Assembly: GCA_001724265.1 (NCBI GenBank) | Contig: MEDY01000312.1 | Span: 1-39,619 of the forward strand | Direction of reading: 5' to 3' | DNA length: 39,619 nt | Source: Rhizaria sp. SCN 62-66 | Taxonomy: Eukaryota | Shown: piece by piece, positions 22,201 to 31,659 of the stretch | How the letters are laid out: every line of letters starts with the position of its first letter | Numbering within the stretch: the stretch's first letter is position 1 | Position numbers and translations under genes: made by a program | Notes under the pieces: model-generated | Databases searched by the model: none | Seen by the model: only the letters and a program-made list of their open reading frames with translations | What the model was told of the DNA's origin: nothing

Positions 22201-24755
22201 GCTGTTGAATGCGGCTGTGTTTGTTGTATTGGAGCGACGCAGCGGCGATATGTGGGTGCTGCTCCTGCTGACGTCTGCTTGACCCTGTGCAATGCAGTTG
22301 TTATACGCAAGAGCATAACTATGAGAGACGTCGTGATTTTGAGCGGAGTAGCTGTAAGTATTGCCATGAGCAGCAACGGACGCCTAACCAGGCCCAGCAG
22401 CTGCGCTAAGAGCTGCTCCAAAGCTTGAGCTCGAGCTGGGGCCTGGACCGCGGCTGTGATGTCCGTGCGCGAAGCTGTGTTGGTGGCCGTTGCTAGCACC
22501 AGACATGTTGCCATAGCTCTGACTGCAGCTGGAAACGTTGTAGTTGTATGCGGCGCTGTTGTTCTGGAGTTGAGCACTCGAGATGTTGTGACAGTTGTAA
22601 TGTGTCGGTGTTGGTGTAACAGACTGAGCGCTCTGGCATCCGCTTGCACTTGCGGATATAGCATTAGTACTGCTGTTGAGGTTGCTGTAGCTGTTACTCA
22701 CCATCGCCGTTGTTGGAGTCGGAGGCCGGCCCCCGCGCCGGCGCCCAGTAGTACTGTTACCGTTTGAGCCCGTGTTCGAGTTGAAGCTAAAGCCAAGGCC
22801 ATTATTATTATAACTGCTGTAGCCATGGCTGTAACCGTAAGCAACGCCTGAAATAACAGGAGTTGGTGCGTGGGGCAAAACAAGCGACCTCGCGCCGTGC
22901 TGAATGCTATCACTGGTATAGCAGTACTGCTGCTGCTGCTGCTGCTGTTGGGCTGGCGTTGCATTCGGCGTCGGTGTCGGTGTCGGCGCGTGCTGGCGCG
23001 TAACGGCGCGCGCATTGCGCGGCACAGGGGTGCTTAGCCGCGCGATGGGAGTGCTTACAGCAGCTACTAAGGGGGTACTCACCCCGCCAGGTCCGCCACT
23101 GCTGCTGGACAGGAGCTGCCCTCCACGTTGAGCCCGTAACAGCATCTGCTGTTGTTGTTGCTGCTGCAGTGGCCCTCCGCCCTTGAACTGCTGTTGCTGA
23201 ATTGTTGAGCGCCCACCTGTGGCCGAAAGCGGTGTGTTGCTAAGCGCTTTCACATTAATGCTACTACTGCTGCCGTGGCTGCGGTCGCTGCTGCCGCTGC
23301 TACTGTGTACATTCGCGCGCGGCCGCGGCTCTCCCGAGGCAGAGCGCGCGCGCACCAGGGGCGAGAACGACGTCGACGGCGACGGCGGGGGCAAGTGGTG
23401 TGCGAGCGCGGCGGCGGCGCCGGAGGCGGGGGAGTCGTGGGCAATGTTGGGGATTAACAGAGAGTGGGACACCTTGGACAGCGCCGCCATCAGCGATGTC
23501 TTTAAAGATAGAAGAAATGGAGGACACGAAAGGCGGATAGGGTTAGCGTACATATTTGACAGACACAATGCATTTTTTTAGCACAGATAGTGTAACGTGA
23601 TCATACCTTGTGGTGGGCCGACTTGGCAACGAGCTGGCCGCAGCGCTGCATGGTCAGTTCCCTGTCGTGCGCGGTGAGTTTGGGCGTGGGCGCTGGCAGC
23701 GGACGCCGCACTTGCTGCCACTCGCTGCGGCGCCAGCAGTCAACCCGCGCGGCGTCCTTCTCGGCGCGCCGCGCGGTGCGGAAGGCGCTGTTAAGCGTGG
23801 GAATGTTGACCATGTCAAGCACGCTAAGCGCCTCAACGGGCTTCACGTCGGCCTCCTCGTTGAGCACGGAGACGGTGACCGTGTAGCGGTCGATGCACGG
23901 CTGATCGTTAGTGAGCCCGCCGTCAAGCGCGAGGCCGTGAGACGTGCGCGGGATGTCGCGCAAAAACACCACAGGCAAACAAGTCGACGCAATGATGCAG
24001 TTGATTAGGTCGTCGCGCGTCGCAAAGCGCGACACGACACGGTTCTTGAAGGACGGGAAGAGTGTGATGGACAGAAACAACCGGTCTGTCGCGCGGATAT
24101 GCGCGTCTTCGGGCAGGTAGTTGCTCCACAGCGTGCGGTAGAACGCAGTTTGGTCCAGAAAGCAGCCCAGCGGACGCGTGCGGTAGTGTGTAAGACAGTA
24201 GGGCCAGTCGCGGCGGCACCACTCGTAGGGGTCGCGGCCCATGGCCAGCGGCACCGCGGCGAAGCAGCCGCCCGAGCTGGCGAGGAACTTGACGCGCGCA
24301 ATGTCAAAGTTCTTAAACAAAAAGTGGCCTACACCGAGATAGTAGCACCACAGCATACCACCGCCGCCGAAGGAGACCGAGGGCCCAAACTCGAGCCCCA
24401 AGTCCTGCTTGGGGATGAAGGAGCGCACCAGCCACACAGCGTAGAAGCGCTCTGCCAACCGTGAAAAGCACCAGAACCACAGGGCGTTAACGTGTGACGT
24501 AACAGCGGCCGCTAGTGCACGAGCAGGAGATGTTATTAGGGCCGTCACGGTAGCAGTGAGCGCACGCGTCGGGGCTGTCACTGCGGTGGTCATAGCGGCT
24601 GCAGCGCGCGCGGTCAGGTCGGACGCGGCGTCTAGCGGCAACACAACGCAGAAGTGATACAGGAGAATAATGAGCTCGAAGAGGAGCTTATGTAAAATGG
24701 TAGCGCGCGCGACGCCGTCCGTCGTGGTCACTGTGCGGACCAACTTCGGCGCCAT
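19264..24755 (-). CDS. Patatin-like phospholipase/lipase (PNPLA family) with a long low-complexity C-terminal extension; exons 24755-23607 and 23499-19264; three in-frame TAG codons (22386-22384, 21324-21322, 20313-20311), predicted 1,794 aa if TAG is a sense codon
   Basis: Exon 1 carries patatin motifs: SFGGGG (Gly-rich loop), FLASSGG (nucleophile elbow variant) and LDGG. Intron 23606-23500 (AAG|GTATGA, GCTAAC branch point, TTTAAAG acceptor) is phase 0. ORFs 22384..23568, 21322..22122, 20311..21270 and 19264..20280 share one frame, and I translated the gaps between them with no further stops. The frame ends at TAA 19266-19264. Confidence 0.7.
23500..23606 (-). other. Predicted 107-nt GT-AG intron joining the patatin domain to the TAG-containing exon
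   Basis: Minus strand: CACAAG|GTATGA ... TACGCTAACCCTATCCGCCTTTCGTGTCCTCCATTTCTTCTATCTTTAAAG|ACATCGCTGATG. AT-rich, has branch point and pyrimidine tract, preserves frame. Confidence 0.75.
23601..24755 (-). CDS. Patatin catalytic exon; if unspliced it gives a 384-aa patatin-like lipase ending at TGA 23603-23601
   Basis: ORF 23601..24821 with likely start MAPKLV at 24755; N-terminal hydrophobic segment; GGGG, ASSGG and DGG motifs. Confidence 0.85.
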   Translation of the reverse strand: MAPKLVRTVTTTDGVARATILHKLLFELIILLYHFCVVLPLDAASDLTARAAAAMTTAVTAPTRALTATVTALITSPARALAAAVTSHVNALWFWCFSRLAERFYAVWLVRSFIPKQDLGLEFGPSVSFGGGGMLWCYYLGVGHFLFKNFDIARVKFLASSGGCFAAVPLAMGRDPYEWCRRDWPYCLTHYRTRPLGCFLDQTAFYRTLWSNYLPEDAHIRATDRLFLSITLFPSFKNRVVSRFATRDDLINCIIASTCLPVVFLRDIPRTSHGLALDGGLTNDQPCIDRYTVTVSVLNEEADVKPVEALSVLDMVNIPTLNSAFRTARRAEKDAARVDCWRRSEWQQVRRPLPAPTPKLTAHDRELTMQRCGQLVAKSAHHKV

Positions 24756-25803
24756 CGCGGGCTGCGCGCAAAGCAAGAAGACAAGACGGGTCGAAGAGTG
24801 GGTCACAGAAAAGACTGGCATTCTTAGAGATGATTATAGTTGTGATAGAAGATATTAATATACCAAATTTAAGTTTAAGTAATATTAAATTAGTTTCCAG
24901 TGTTATAATTGCATTAAGTTGCCTTGATAGACCAGCCAATAGCTTTTCCAATCGGGATGTCATCCCGACCCTCTGATCGCGTTGCTGACTGCCAACGGCT
25001 ACATCTTGAACGCAGCGTTCAGGGACAACACAACAACCATCAAAAATACGCTCACAATAATATGCAATATTGCAATACTGTGTCATACTAACACAATTTC
25101 CTTTGTTCTTGCATCTATTGTGAGTATGTACTTGATCTAGACGATTTGTAAATGCGCAACTTGAAGTTTGAATACGGAGCCGAATCGACAATATATAGAG
25201 TGTTTTGTATAGAGTGTTTTCAATTTCATAAGCTCGAAACTATCTAAAAAGGAAAAAATCATTCTATTTTTTGTTGATACATGTATGAATGGATTAGTAT
25301 GTTTTTTGTTGTTCTATGATCGTAATCCTTAATTTTCCGATCCCTGTTCAGATACAGTTTGCATTTCTGACCTTAGGCCAGTTGGGCTTGTGTGTGGTCG
25401 TTAAGCGAAACATGACTTTCTGCATCAAGAGCCCGCCCATCATGTCCATTGTTTGGATATACGATTTGAACACAACGTGAGACTTTTAATCTACTTGAAG
25501 GCCACTCGTTTCATCCCGTTGACATTGCGCTTCACACGCCGCGAGTTGCTCCTCTCTCCTTTTTGCGAGTGACGTCGCCCACTACCACATAAGGCCAATT
25601 TTCCTCATGATAGACTTCTGTTTTTCCGAATTAATCAGGACATGCAAATAATGCAAGTTGGTTTATGTCATAATTACAACATTATATCCTACTCGTCGTG
25701 GACTAGCTCTCTCCAATTCTCGTTTCTTACCTTGCCAACCAACTCGCTCATTTGCCTCTTGTCTCTATGACTTTCTGACTCGTTGCACACAGACGGGGTT
25801 TTC

Positions 25804-27924
25804 ATGCGGCTGTTCCTGCTGCTTCTTCTGTCAGCTGTGCTCTCCGCCACGGTTGCCGCCACCGCGGCGCTGTCGCTGGCGGTGGACTCGACGACGCCGT
25901 TGTTCGCGGACCCACTGACCGCGCCCAAGGTGCGCACCAACACGACGCAGGGTGTGGTCGAGGGCTACTCGTACCGCCACGTGCACCACTACCGCGGGCT
26001 GCCCTACGCCGCGCCGCCGACGGGCTCGAACCGCTTTCGCGTGCCGCAGCCGCCCGCGGCGTGGTCGGGTGTGCGCAAGGCCTACGCCGACGGCCACGTG
26101 TGCCCGCAGTTCCACCTCTCCAAGTCGCTCTATCTGGGTAAGGAGGACTGCCTGTACCTCTCGCTCTACGTCCCTGAGAAGGCCAAGACGTCCAAGACGC
26201 CGCTGCCCGTGCTTTTCTGGATCCACGGCGGCGCCTGGGTGCTCGGTGACGGCTACGAGTTCGGCTTTTACGACGGCGCGACCCTGGCGCACGAGCGCGG
26301 GGCCATCGTCGTCACCATCAACTACCGCCTCGCCGCGCTGGGCTTCCTCGCGCTGGACGAGCTGCGCGACGAGTCCGAGGACGGCAAGAGCGTCGGCAAC
26401 CTCGCGCTCAAGGACCAGCGCGCCGCGCTGCTCTGGGTGCAGCAGCACATCGCGTCCTTCAACGGCGATCCGCACCGCGTAACGCTCTTCGGCGAGTCGG
26501 CGGGCGCCTTCTCCGTGTGCTTCCACCTTGCCTCGCAGGCCTCACGCGGGCTCTTTGCGGCCGCCATCGTTGAGTCGGGCACGTGCGACTCCCGCCTCTT
26601 CTTCGTCCCGCCGCAGCAGGCCGTCGCGTGGTCGCGCACGTGGCTGCGCTCCGTCGGCTGCGACACGGCCACGCGCGCGGGCGTCATGGCCTGTCTGCGC
26701 GGCAAGAAGGCCGAGGAGCTGGTTGCGCCCCCCGTGCTGCGCCGCACGGCCGCGGCCTGGCGCACCGCCGGCGAGCTCGCCTCGGGCCTCGCCGCGCCGG
26801 GCCCCAACGACGCCGACGCCGCCATCGACACTCTCGCCGTCGCGTCCCTCACGAACCTAACCGCAGCTGACGCCGAGATCGTGCGCGCTGTGTTCGACCG
26901 CAAAAGCGCGCGCAACGCCGCCTATGCCGCGGTGCTCTCGGCACCCGGCGTTGAGTTCGGCTCCATCGCGCGCTCGGTCGCGTTCGACGACGCCGCCGCG
27001 CTGCGCGCTGGCAAGAAGCTCGCTCGCGAGGTCGAGGCTGAGGCCGAGGTCGCCGCGCTGGCGCACTCCCTGGCGCTCGACGACGCCGCCGCGCTCGCCG
27101 CGCTTCTGCCCCGGCGCGCGCCCTCTGCTGCGGCCGCGGAAGAGGAGGATTACTACCCGCCGATGTACCCGCTCATGTCCTGGGCCGCGGTCATCGACGG
27201 GTCGCCCCACGGCCTCACTGACGCACCCTCGCGCGTCATGGCCGCCGGCCGCGGTGCCGCGGTGCCCGTGGTCATGGGTTCCAACAAGGACGAGGGCACG
27301 CTCTTCATCCCCATCATTCCGCTCATCGTGCCCGGCGTGTCGTTCCCGCTCAAGGCCGGCGACATCCCTGTCGCACTGCGCCACGTCTTCGGCGCCGACT
27401 TCCCCGTCGAGGCCGCAATGGAGCTCTACCCCGCCAAGCAGTTTAAGTGCTCCGGCTCGCGGTTTGCGCAGATGCTCCGCGACAACATCTTCACTTGCAC
27501 GGCGCGCCGCGTCGCGCTCGCGCGCGAGCCCTTCAGCGCGCGCGCCGGCGCCGGCGTCGGCGCCGCGGGCAACGGGACGACCCACATTTACCACTTCACC
27601 TACAACTCGGGCTTCATCGAGACGCTGCTGCTGGGCACCTACCACGCTGCCGAGCTGCCCTTCGTCTTCCACAACGAGTGGCCCTGGCTCATCCACGCCT
27701 TCAAGCCCGCAGACCACAAGGTCGCAAAGGTCTTCGGCGCCTACTGGGGTAACCTCGCCGCCACGGGCGCCGTCAATGGCGTTGCGGGTGCGCCCTTCGC
27801 AGGGCCCGTGGCCTGGCCGGCCTTCACGGCCGCCGCTGAGGAGACGCTTGTCATCGACAAGGCCAGCTCAGTCAAGGCCGGGCTCTTCAAGCCGCAGTGC
27901 GAGTTCTGGGACGCGCACGTCTAA
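25804..27924 (+). CDS. Secreted type-B carboxylesterase / cholinesterase-family alpha/beta hydrolase, 706 aa, intronless
   Basis: Signal peptide MRLFLLLLLSAVLSATVAA; family motifs GLPYAAPPTG, EDCLYLSLY, WIHGGAW, NYRL; catalytic triad FGESAG (Ser), GSNKDEG (Glu), YHAAEL (His); C-terminal CEFWD; TAA stop. Confidence 0.93.
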   Translation: MRLFLLLLLSAVLSATVAATAALSLAVDSTTPLFADPLTAPKVRTNTTQGVVEGYSYRHVHHYRGLPYAAPPTGSNRFRVPQPPAAWSGVRKAYADGHVCPQFHLSKSLYLGKEDCLYLSLYVPEKAKTSKTPLPVLFWIHGGAWVLGDGYEFGFYDGATLAHERGAIVVTINYRLAALGFLALDELRDESEDGKSVGNLALKDQRAALLWVQQHIASFNGDPHRVTLFGESAGAFSVCFHLASQASRGLFAAAIVESGTCDSRLFFVPPQQAVAWSRTWLRSVGCDTATRAGVMACLRGKKAEELVAPPVLRRTAAAWRTAGELASGLAAPGPNDADAAIDTLAVASLTNLTAADAEIVRAVFDRKSARNAAYAAVLSAPGVEFGSIARSVAFDDAAALRAGKKLAREVEAEAEVAALAHSLALDDAAALAALLPRRAPSAAAAEEEDYYPPMYPLMSWAAVIDGSPHGLTDAPSRVMAAGRGAAVPVVMGSNKDEGTLFIPIIPLIVPGVSFPLKAGDIPVALRHVFGADFPVEAAMELYPAKQFKCSGSRFAQMLRDNIFTCTARRVALAREPFSARAGAGVGAAGNGTTHIYHFTYNSGFIETLLLGTYHAAELPFVFHNEWPWLIHAFKPADHKVAKVFGAYWGNLAATGAVNGVAGAPFAGPVAWPAFTAAAEETLVIDKASSVKAGLFKPQCEFWDAHV

Positions 27925-27960
27925 GTACCTCGTCTAAGTGCAATATCCACGTCTAAGTAC
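27916..27960 (+). repeat. Three copies of CGTCTAAGT spanning and following the carboxylesterase stop codon
   Basis: cacgtctaagtac ctcgtctaagtgc aatatc cacgtctaagtac; TAA at 27922, 27935 and 27954. Confidence 0.75.
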
Positions 27961-28707
27961 GACGTGTATGCGCACCCGCCTTCATGTGTTGTTAAGATTT
28001 TACAACACATTTGCTGATTCTGACACGAATTATCTAGTTCTTGTTGTCCTGTTCTTGTTCTCCATTTCTTCTTCAGATTTCTTCCCATTTTATTACTTCG
28101 CACATTTTGTTGTTGACAACTGTTATATGTGAGTGCTTGCCGCGCTTTTGATTGCGCTTCTGTGCGAGAGACTGTACGTAACTGTGTCTGAATCCTCATG
28201 ACAATAGAATTGCTGACGTGTGGCCTTGCATGCAACGCTTCAGAGCGCAGCACAGCACAGTAGGATACTCCACGACAGGGGTATCTGCATTGATAACGAT
28301 TCTTTTGGATCGTGTAAAAATACATCTGTATAATTGTAATTTCACTGAACAATGTCTATTCGGCGGCAACATCCGCCACATTCAACAATGCAGTTGTTGG
28401 CAATCACCAATGCAGTGTTAAAGTTGCACTTGTGATTGATTACAATAACGACATTGACGACGATTATACAAAAATCAAGTCGTGTATTAAGTTAATAGTA
28501 GTCGGTTTACAGGTTAAGATTAGTTTACAATAGTACCGTCACAGTTATGCATGCAGCCGTCGTTGCAAGCACAAGGTAAAAAATATACAGTTACATGTCC
28601 TTTTACTAAGAGTTACGTATGACACAAAACATTCACAGGAACATTATTCATGTTGCTCGCACATAAGTTGGGTGATTTCCGCTGGCAGTCACTCAGGTCG
28701 CTGAAAG

Positions 28708-31659
28708 TCACCGCATGTTAACGCCGCCGCCGCTGCCAGCGCCAGTGCCCGTGCCGACATTGGCGGGGCCGTGACCGTGGGCCGCGTAGTGCTGCTGCTG
28801 GTGCATGGGATAGGGCGGCGCGTGCGCCGGATGCCCGCAGTCGTCCCCGTTGCAGCCTGCGCTGCCATTGCCTCTAGCAGCAGCCGCGTGACCGCCGTGC
28901 CCGTGGCCATGACCGTGGGCGGAGTGACCGTGGGTGGAATGACCGTGGGCGGAATGACCGTGAGCAGCGCCCAAGCCGAGCGAGGCCGCGGCGGCGTGCG
29001 CGGCCGCGGTGGCCGCCGCGGCCGCTGCCTGCTGCACCGCCGCCGACACGGGCACCGACACCGAGGGGGCGGCGCCAGAGGCAGCAGCAGATGCAGAGGC
29101 TGCGTCGTGTTGATGATAGTGGTGGTGGTGTTGGCCTTGACTGTCGTCGCCATCGCCATGCCCATGCCCATGCTGCTGCTGTGGCTGCTGCAGAGCCACG
29201 GCGGCGGCGTGCTGCGCCGCCTGCAGCGCGGCCGCGGTAACGGCCGCGTACACGGCGGGGTTCGCACTGGCCACCGCGGCCGCCGCGGCAGCAGAGTCCA
29301 GCTGCGGCTGGCCCTGCTGCTGTTGGTGTTGGTGTTGTTGATGATGATGCGACTGTGCGTGTTCGCTGTCGTCGCCGGCGCCGTTCGCTGAGGCGTCACC
29401 ACTGCTACTGCTACTGCTGCTGCTGCTGCTGTTGCTGCTGTTGTTGCTGGTGTTGATGTGATTATAGCTGCTGCTGCTGCTGCCGCCGCTGAACTGGCCG
29501 TGGTTGTTGTTGCCGTAGGACCCATGACCGTCAGACACCGCCTCCGCGGCCGCGTCCGCCGCCTCTGCCTCCGCCTCCGCCTCTGCCTCCGCCTCTGCCT
29601 CATCGTCGTCGCCCGCGTCGCCGCCGGCGCTGGCGGCCGTGGTGACGGCGCGCAGCTTGAGGTCCGCGAAGAATGGGTGCGCGAGCGCGTCCTGCGCGGT
29701 GATGCGCGTCGCCGGGTTGACGTCGAGCAGGCGCGCGAGCAGGTCGAGCCCCACGGCGTCGAGGCGCGGGCACACCTGTGCCAGCGGGACGGGCGCGAAG
29801 CGCGGCAGCTGCGAGGGGTCAAGGTCCGGCAGCAGGGCCAGCGCGGGCAGCTCGGTTAGCGAGGGCGTGCCCAGCAGCGAGAAGATGACGCGCAGCTGGT
29901 CGGCGTTGCTGGCGCCGGGGAAGAGCGGGCGCCCGTTGACCATCTCGGCGAAGATGCACCCCACGGCCCAGGTGTCGACGCCGGGCCCGTAGTTGGTGCC
30001 GCCGCAGAGCACGTCGGGATCGCGGTACCACAGCGTCACCACCTCGGGCGTGTAGGCGTGCGGGGTCGCGCCGAAGAGCCGCGCCAGACCGAAGTCGGCC
30101 AGCTTGAGCTGCCCGTCGAGCGTCACCAGCAGGTTCTGCGGCTTCAGGTCGCGGTGCAGGATGCGGTTGCGGTGGCAGTACGCCAGGCCCTGCGGACGGC
30201 GCAGTGGGATGTGATGCAGTGTGGTGAACATCAGAGTGGTGGACATCAGAGTGGCGGACATCAGAGTGTGCAGTGGCAGTGCGATGGAGTATAGCGTGGT
30301 TTAGCATCACACAGTTGAGTTCAGTGCAATGCAACGTGATTGTGGAGAGATAAAAAAGAAAACAAGTGAATTGATGAGAGAAATGACATTTGTGTGGCTT
30401 CTGTAAGATATACAACAACTGCGCTCGATTGCGTGTGAGTTATGTTAAGCCGTACCTGGAGGGTCTGGAAGAGGAACGACTTGACCGCGAAGGGCTCCAG
30501 CCCGGCGGGCCCGCACGCGTCCACAACGTGCTTCAGGTCCTGCGCGTATGTGTGCGACGTGTGTGTTTACGTGCGTATGTAAGGGATTGCAGTCGGGAGA
30601 GAGGGTGAAAAAAAGGGGGAGCGGGTTTGGGTGAGTAAGAGTAGGAAAAAAGCGCGTTTTGCAAGTAAATGTGACGAAGTACAGTAAAAAACTCCTAAAC
30701 TCAATAAATCGATTCCTAGTGTGCGCGCGTGCCTGATGGAGGTACTCGAAGACGAGGGTGAGGTGCCTGGGCGCGTGGACGACGTCGAGCAGCCGCACCA
30801 CGTTGGGGTGGTCTAGCTGCCGCAGGATCGAGATCTCGCGCAGAGACGTCGACGGGATGCCTGCGCGTGCGTGTCGCGGGGCAGTGCGCGGTGTGTGTGT
30901 AGCGGTGTCGTGTTAGGTGTATCGGACAGAGTGAGAGTGCGAATGTGAATGTGTGAGCGAATAGTGCGGAGTTGTTTTGAGATTGTTTTAGTTTAGATAG
31001 ATATGATTAAATGCAATTTATGAATGACGCAATGCTATAGGCAAGGGACGCATGATAAACAAAAGAGCAGTCAGGATGTAACGAGCTGACCGCTCTTTGC
31101 GCCGTTCAGCTGCGGGCTGCGAGATGCGAGACGTGCCTTCGTCATCAGAGTTGAGGCGGATACGCTTGAGCGCGAGCGTGCTGCCGGTGCGCCAGTCCGC
31201 GGCCTTGAACACCACGCCGTACGTGCCCTCTGCGCGGGCGAGGCGAGGGAGGCGTGCGAGGCGAGTGAGGCGGGAGAGTGAGATGATGGAGGAGTTAGGT
31301 GATCGTGAGCGTGAGAAAAGAGATTGAGGTGGACGTGTGCGTTGGGTTGAAGTTCATAAAACATGCTAAGAAATATGCTACGCGTGTCAGGACGCAGGAC
31401 GAATGCAGAACGTACCGCCAATTTTACCGAGGACAGTGTACTGTTCGCGAGGGCAAACAGCGTCGCGAGTTGAGCAGAGAGCAAGGCAGGGCAGGAATGT
31501 ACGGGAAAGGAGAAGAGAGGAAGGAAAAAAAAAAAGGCGTGAGCAAACGTGGAAAACAATCTGTGCGGCTGCGACTATCGAGCCTGCGGCTGAGACGGAC
31601 GGTGACAATAGTGTGGATATGTGACCGTGATGTGAGTGTGCCGGACGTACCCGGTCCAT
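28708..31659 (-). CDS. Cyclin-dependent kinase (CDK2/CDK5-like, PSTSLRE cyclin-binding helix) with a His/Gln/Ala-rich tail, 606 aa; exons 31659-31651, 31440-31416, 31229-31137, 30860-30733, 30539-30456, 30189-28708
   Basis: Spliced product [21 protein letters not shown]...[39 protein letters not shown]...[11 protein letters not shown]...[10 protein letters not shown]...LADFGLAR...VVTLWYR...HPFF. Exon phases are consistent (1,821 nt total); TGA stop. Confidence 0.92.
30226..30268. repeat. Short 15-bp tandem repeat (about 3 copies, ACATCAGAGTGG(T/C)GG) in CDK intron 5
   Basis: gaacatcagagtggt ggacatcagagtggc ggacatcagagtg. Confidence 0.8.
30540..30732 (-). other. GC-AG intron (CDK intron 4)
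   Basis: CATCAG|GCACGC...CGCGCAG|GACCTG; required to rebuild the conserved FEYLHQDLK sequence. Confidence 0.85.
30861..31136 (-). other. GC-AG intron (CDK intron 3)
   Basis: GAAG|GCACGT...CGCGCAG|GCATC; required to rebuild the conserved DEGIPST sequence. Confidence 0.85.

Noticed and set aside
19264-22386. Pseudogene decay or programmed leaky readthrough as the cause of the TAGs
   Set aside because: Disfavoured but not excluded. Decay should also yield frameshifts and TGA/TAA stops. Three successive leaky stops would give very little full-length product, and the 3' contexts (GCG, CAG CAG, TCG) do not match the CAR-YYA readthrough motif.
20311-22386. Pyrrolysine decoding, or small introns removing the TAG codons
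   Set aside because: Pyrrolysine is not known in eukaryotes and no pyl genes are present. There are no AT-rich islands with GTACG-type donors around the TAGs.
19264-23568. Four independent small minus-strand genes
   Set aside because: Same frame, separated by single TAG codons, with no AT-rich intergenic or promoter-like sequence between them.
30190-30268. ORF start [15 protein letters not shown] as the CDK N-terminus, or the 15-bp repeats as a CRISPR-like array
   Set aside because: It is a spacerless tandem repeat inside intron 5; the true kinase N-lobe is encoded by five upstream exons.
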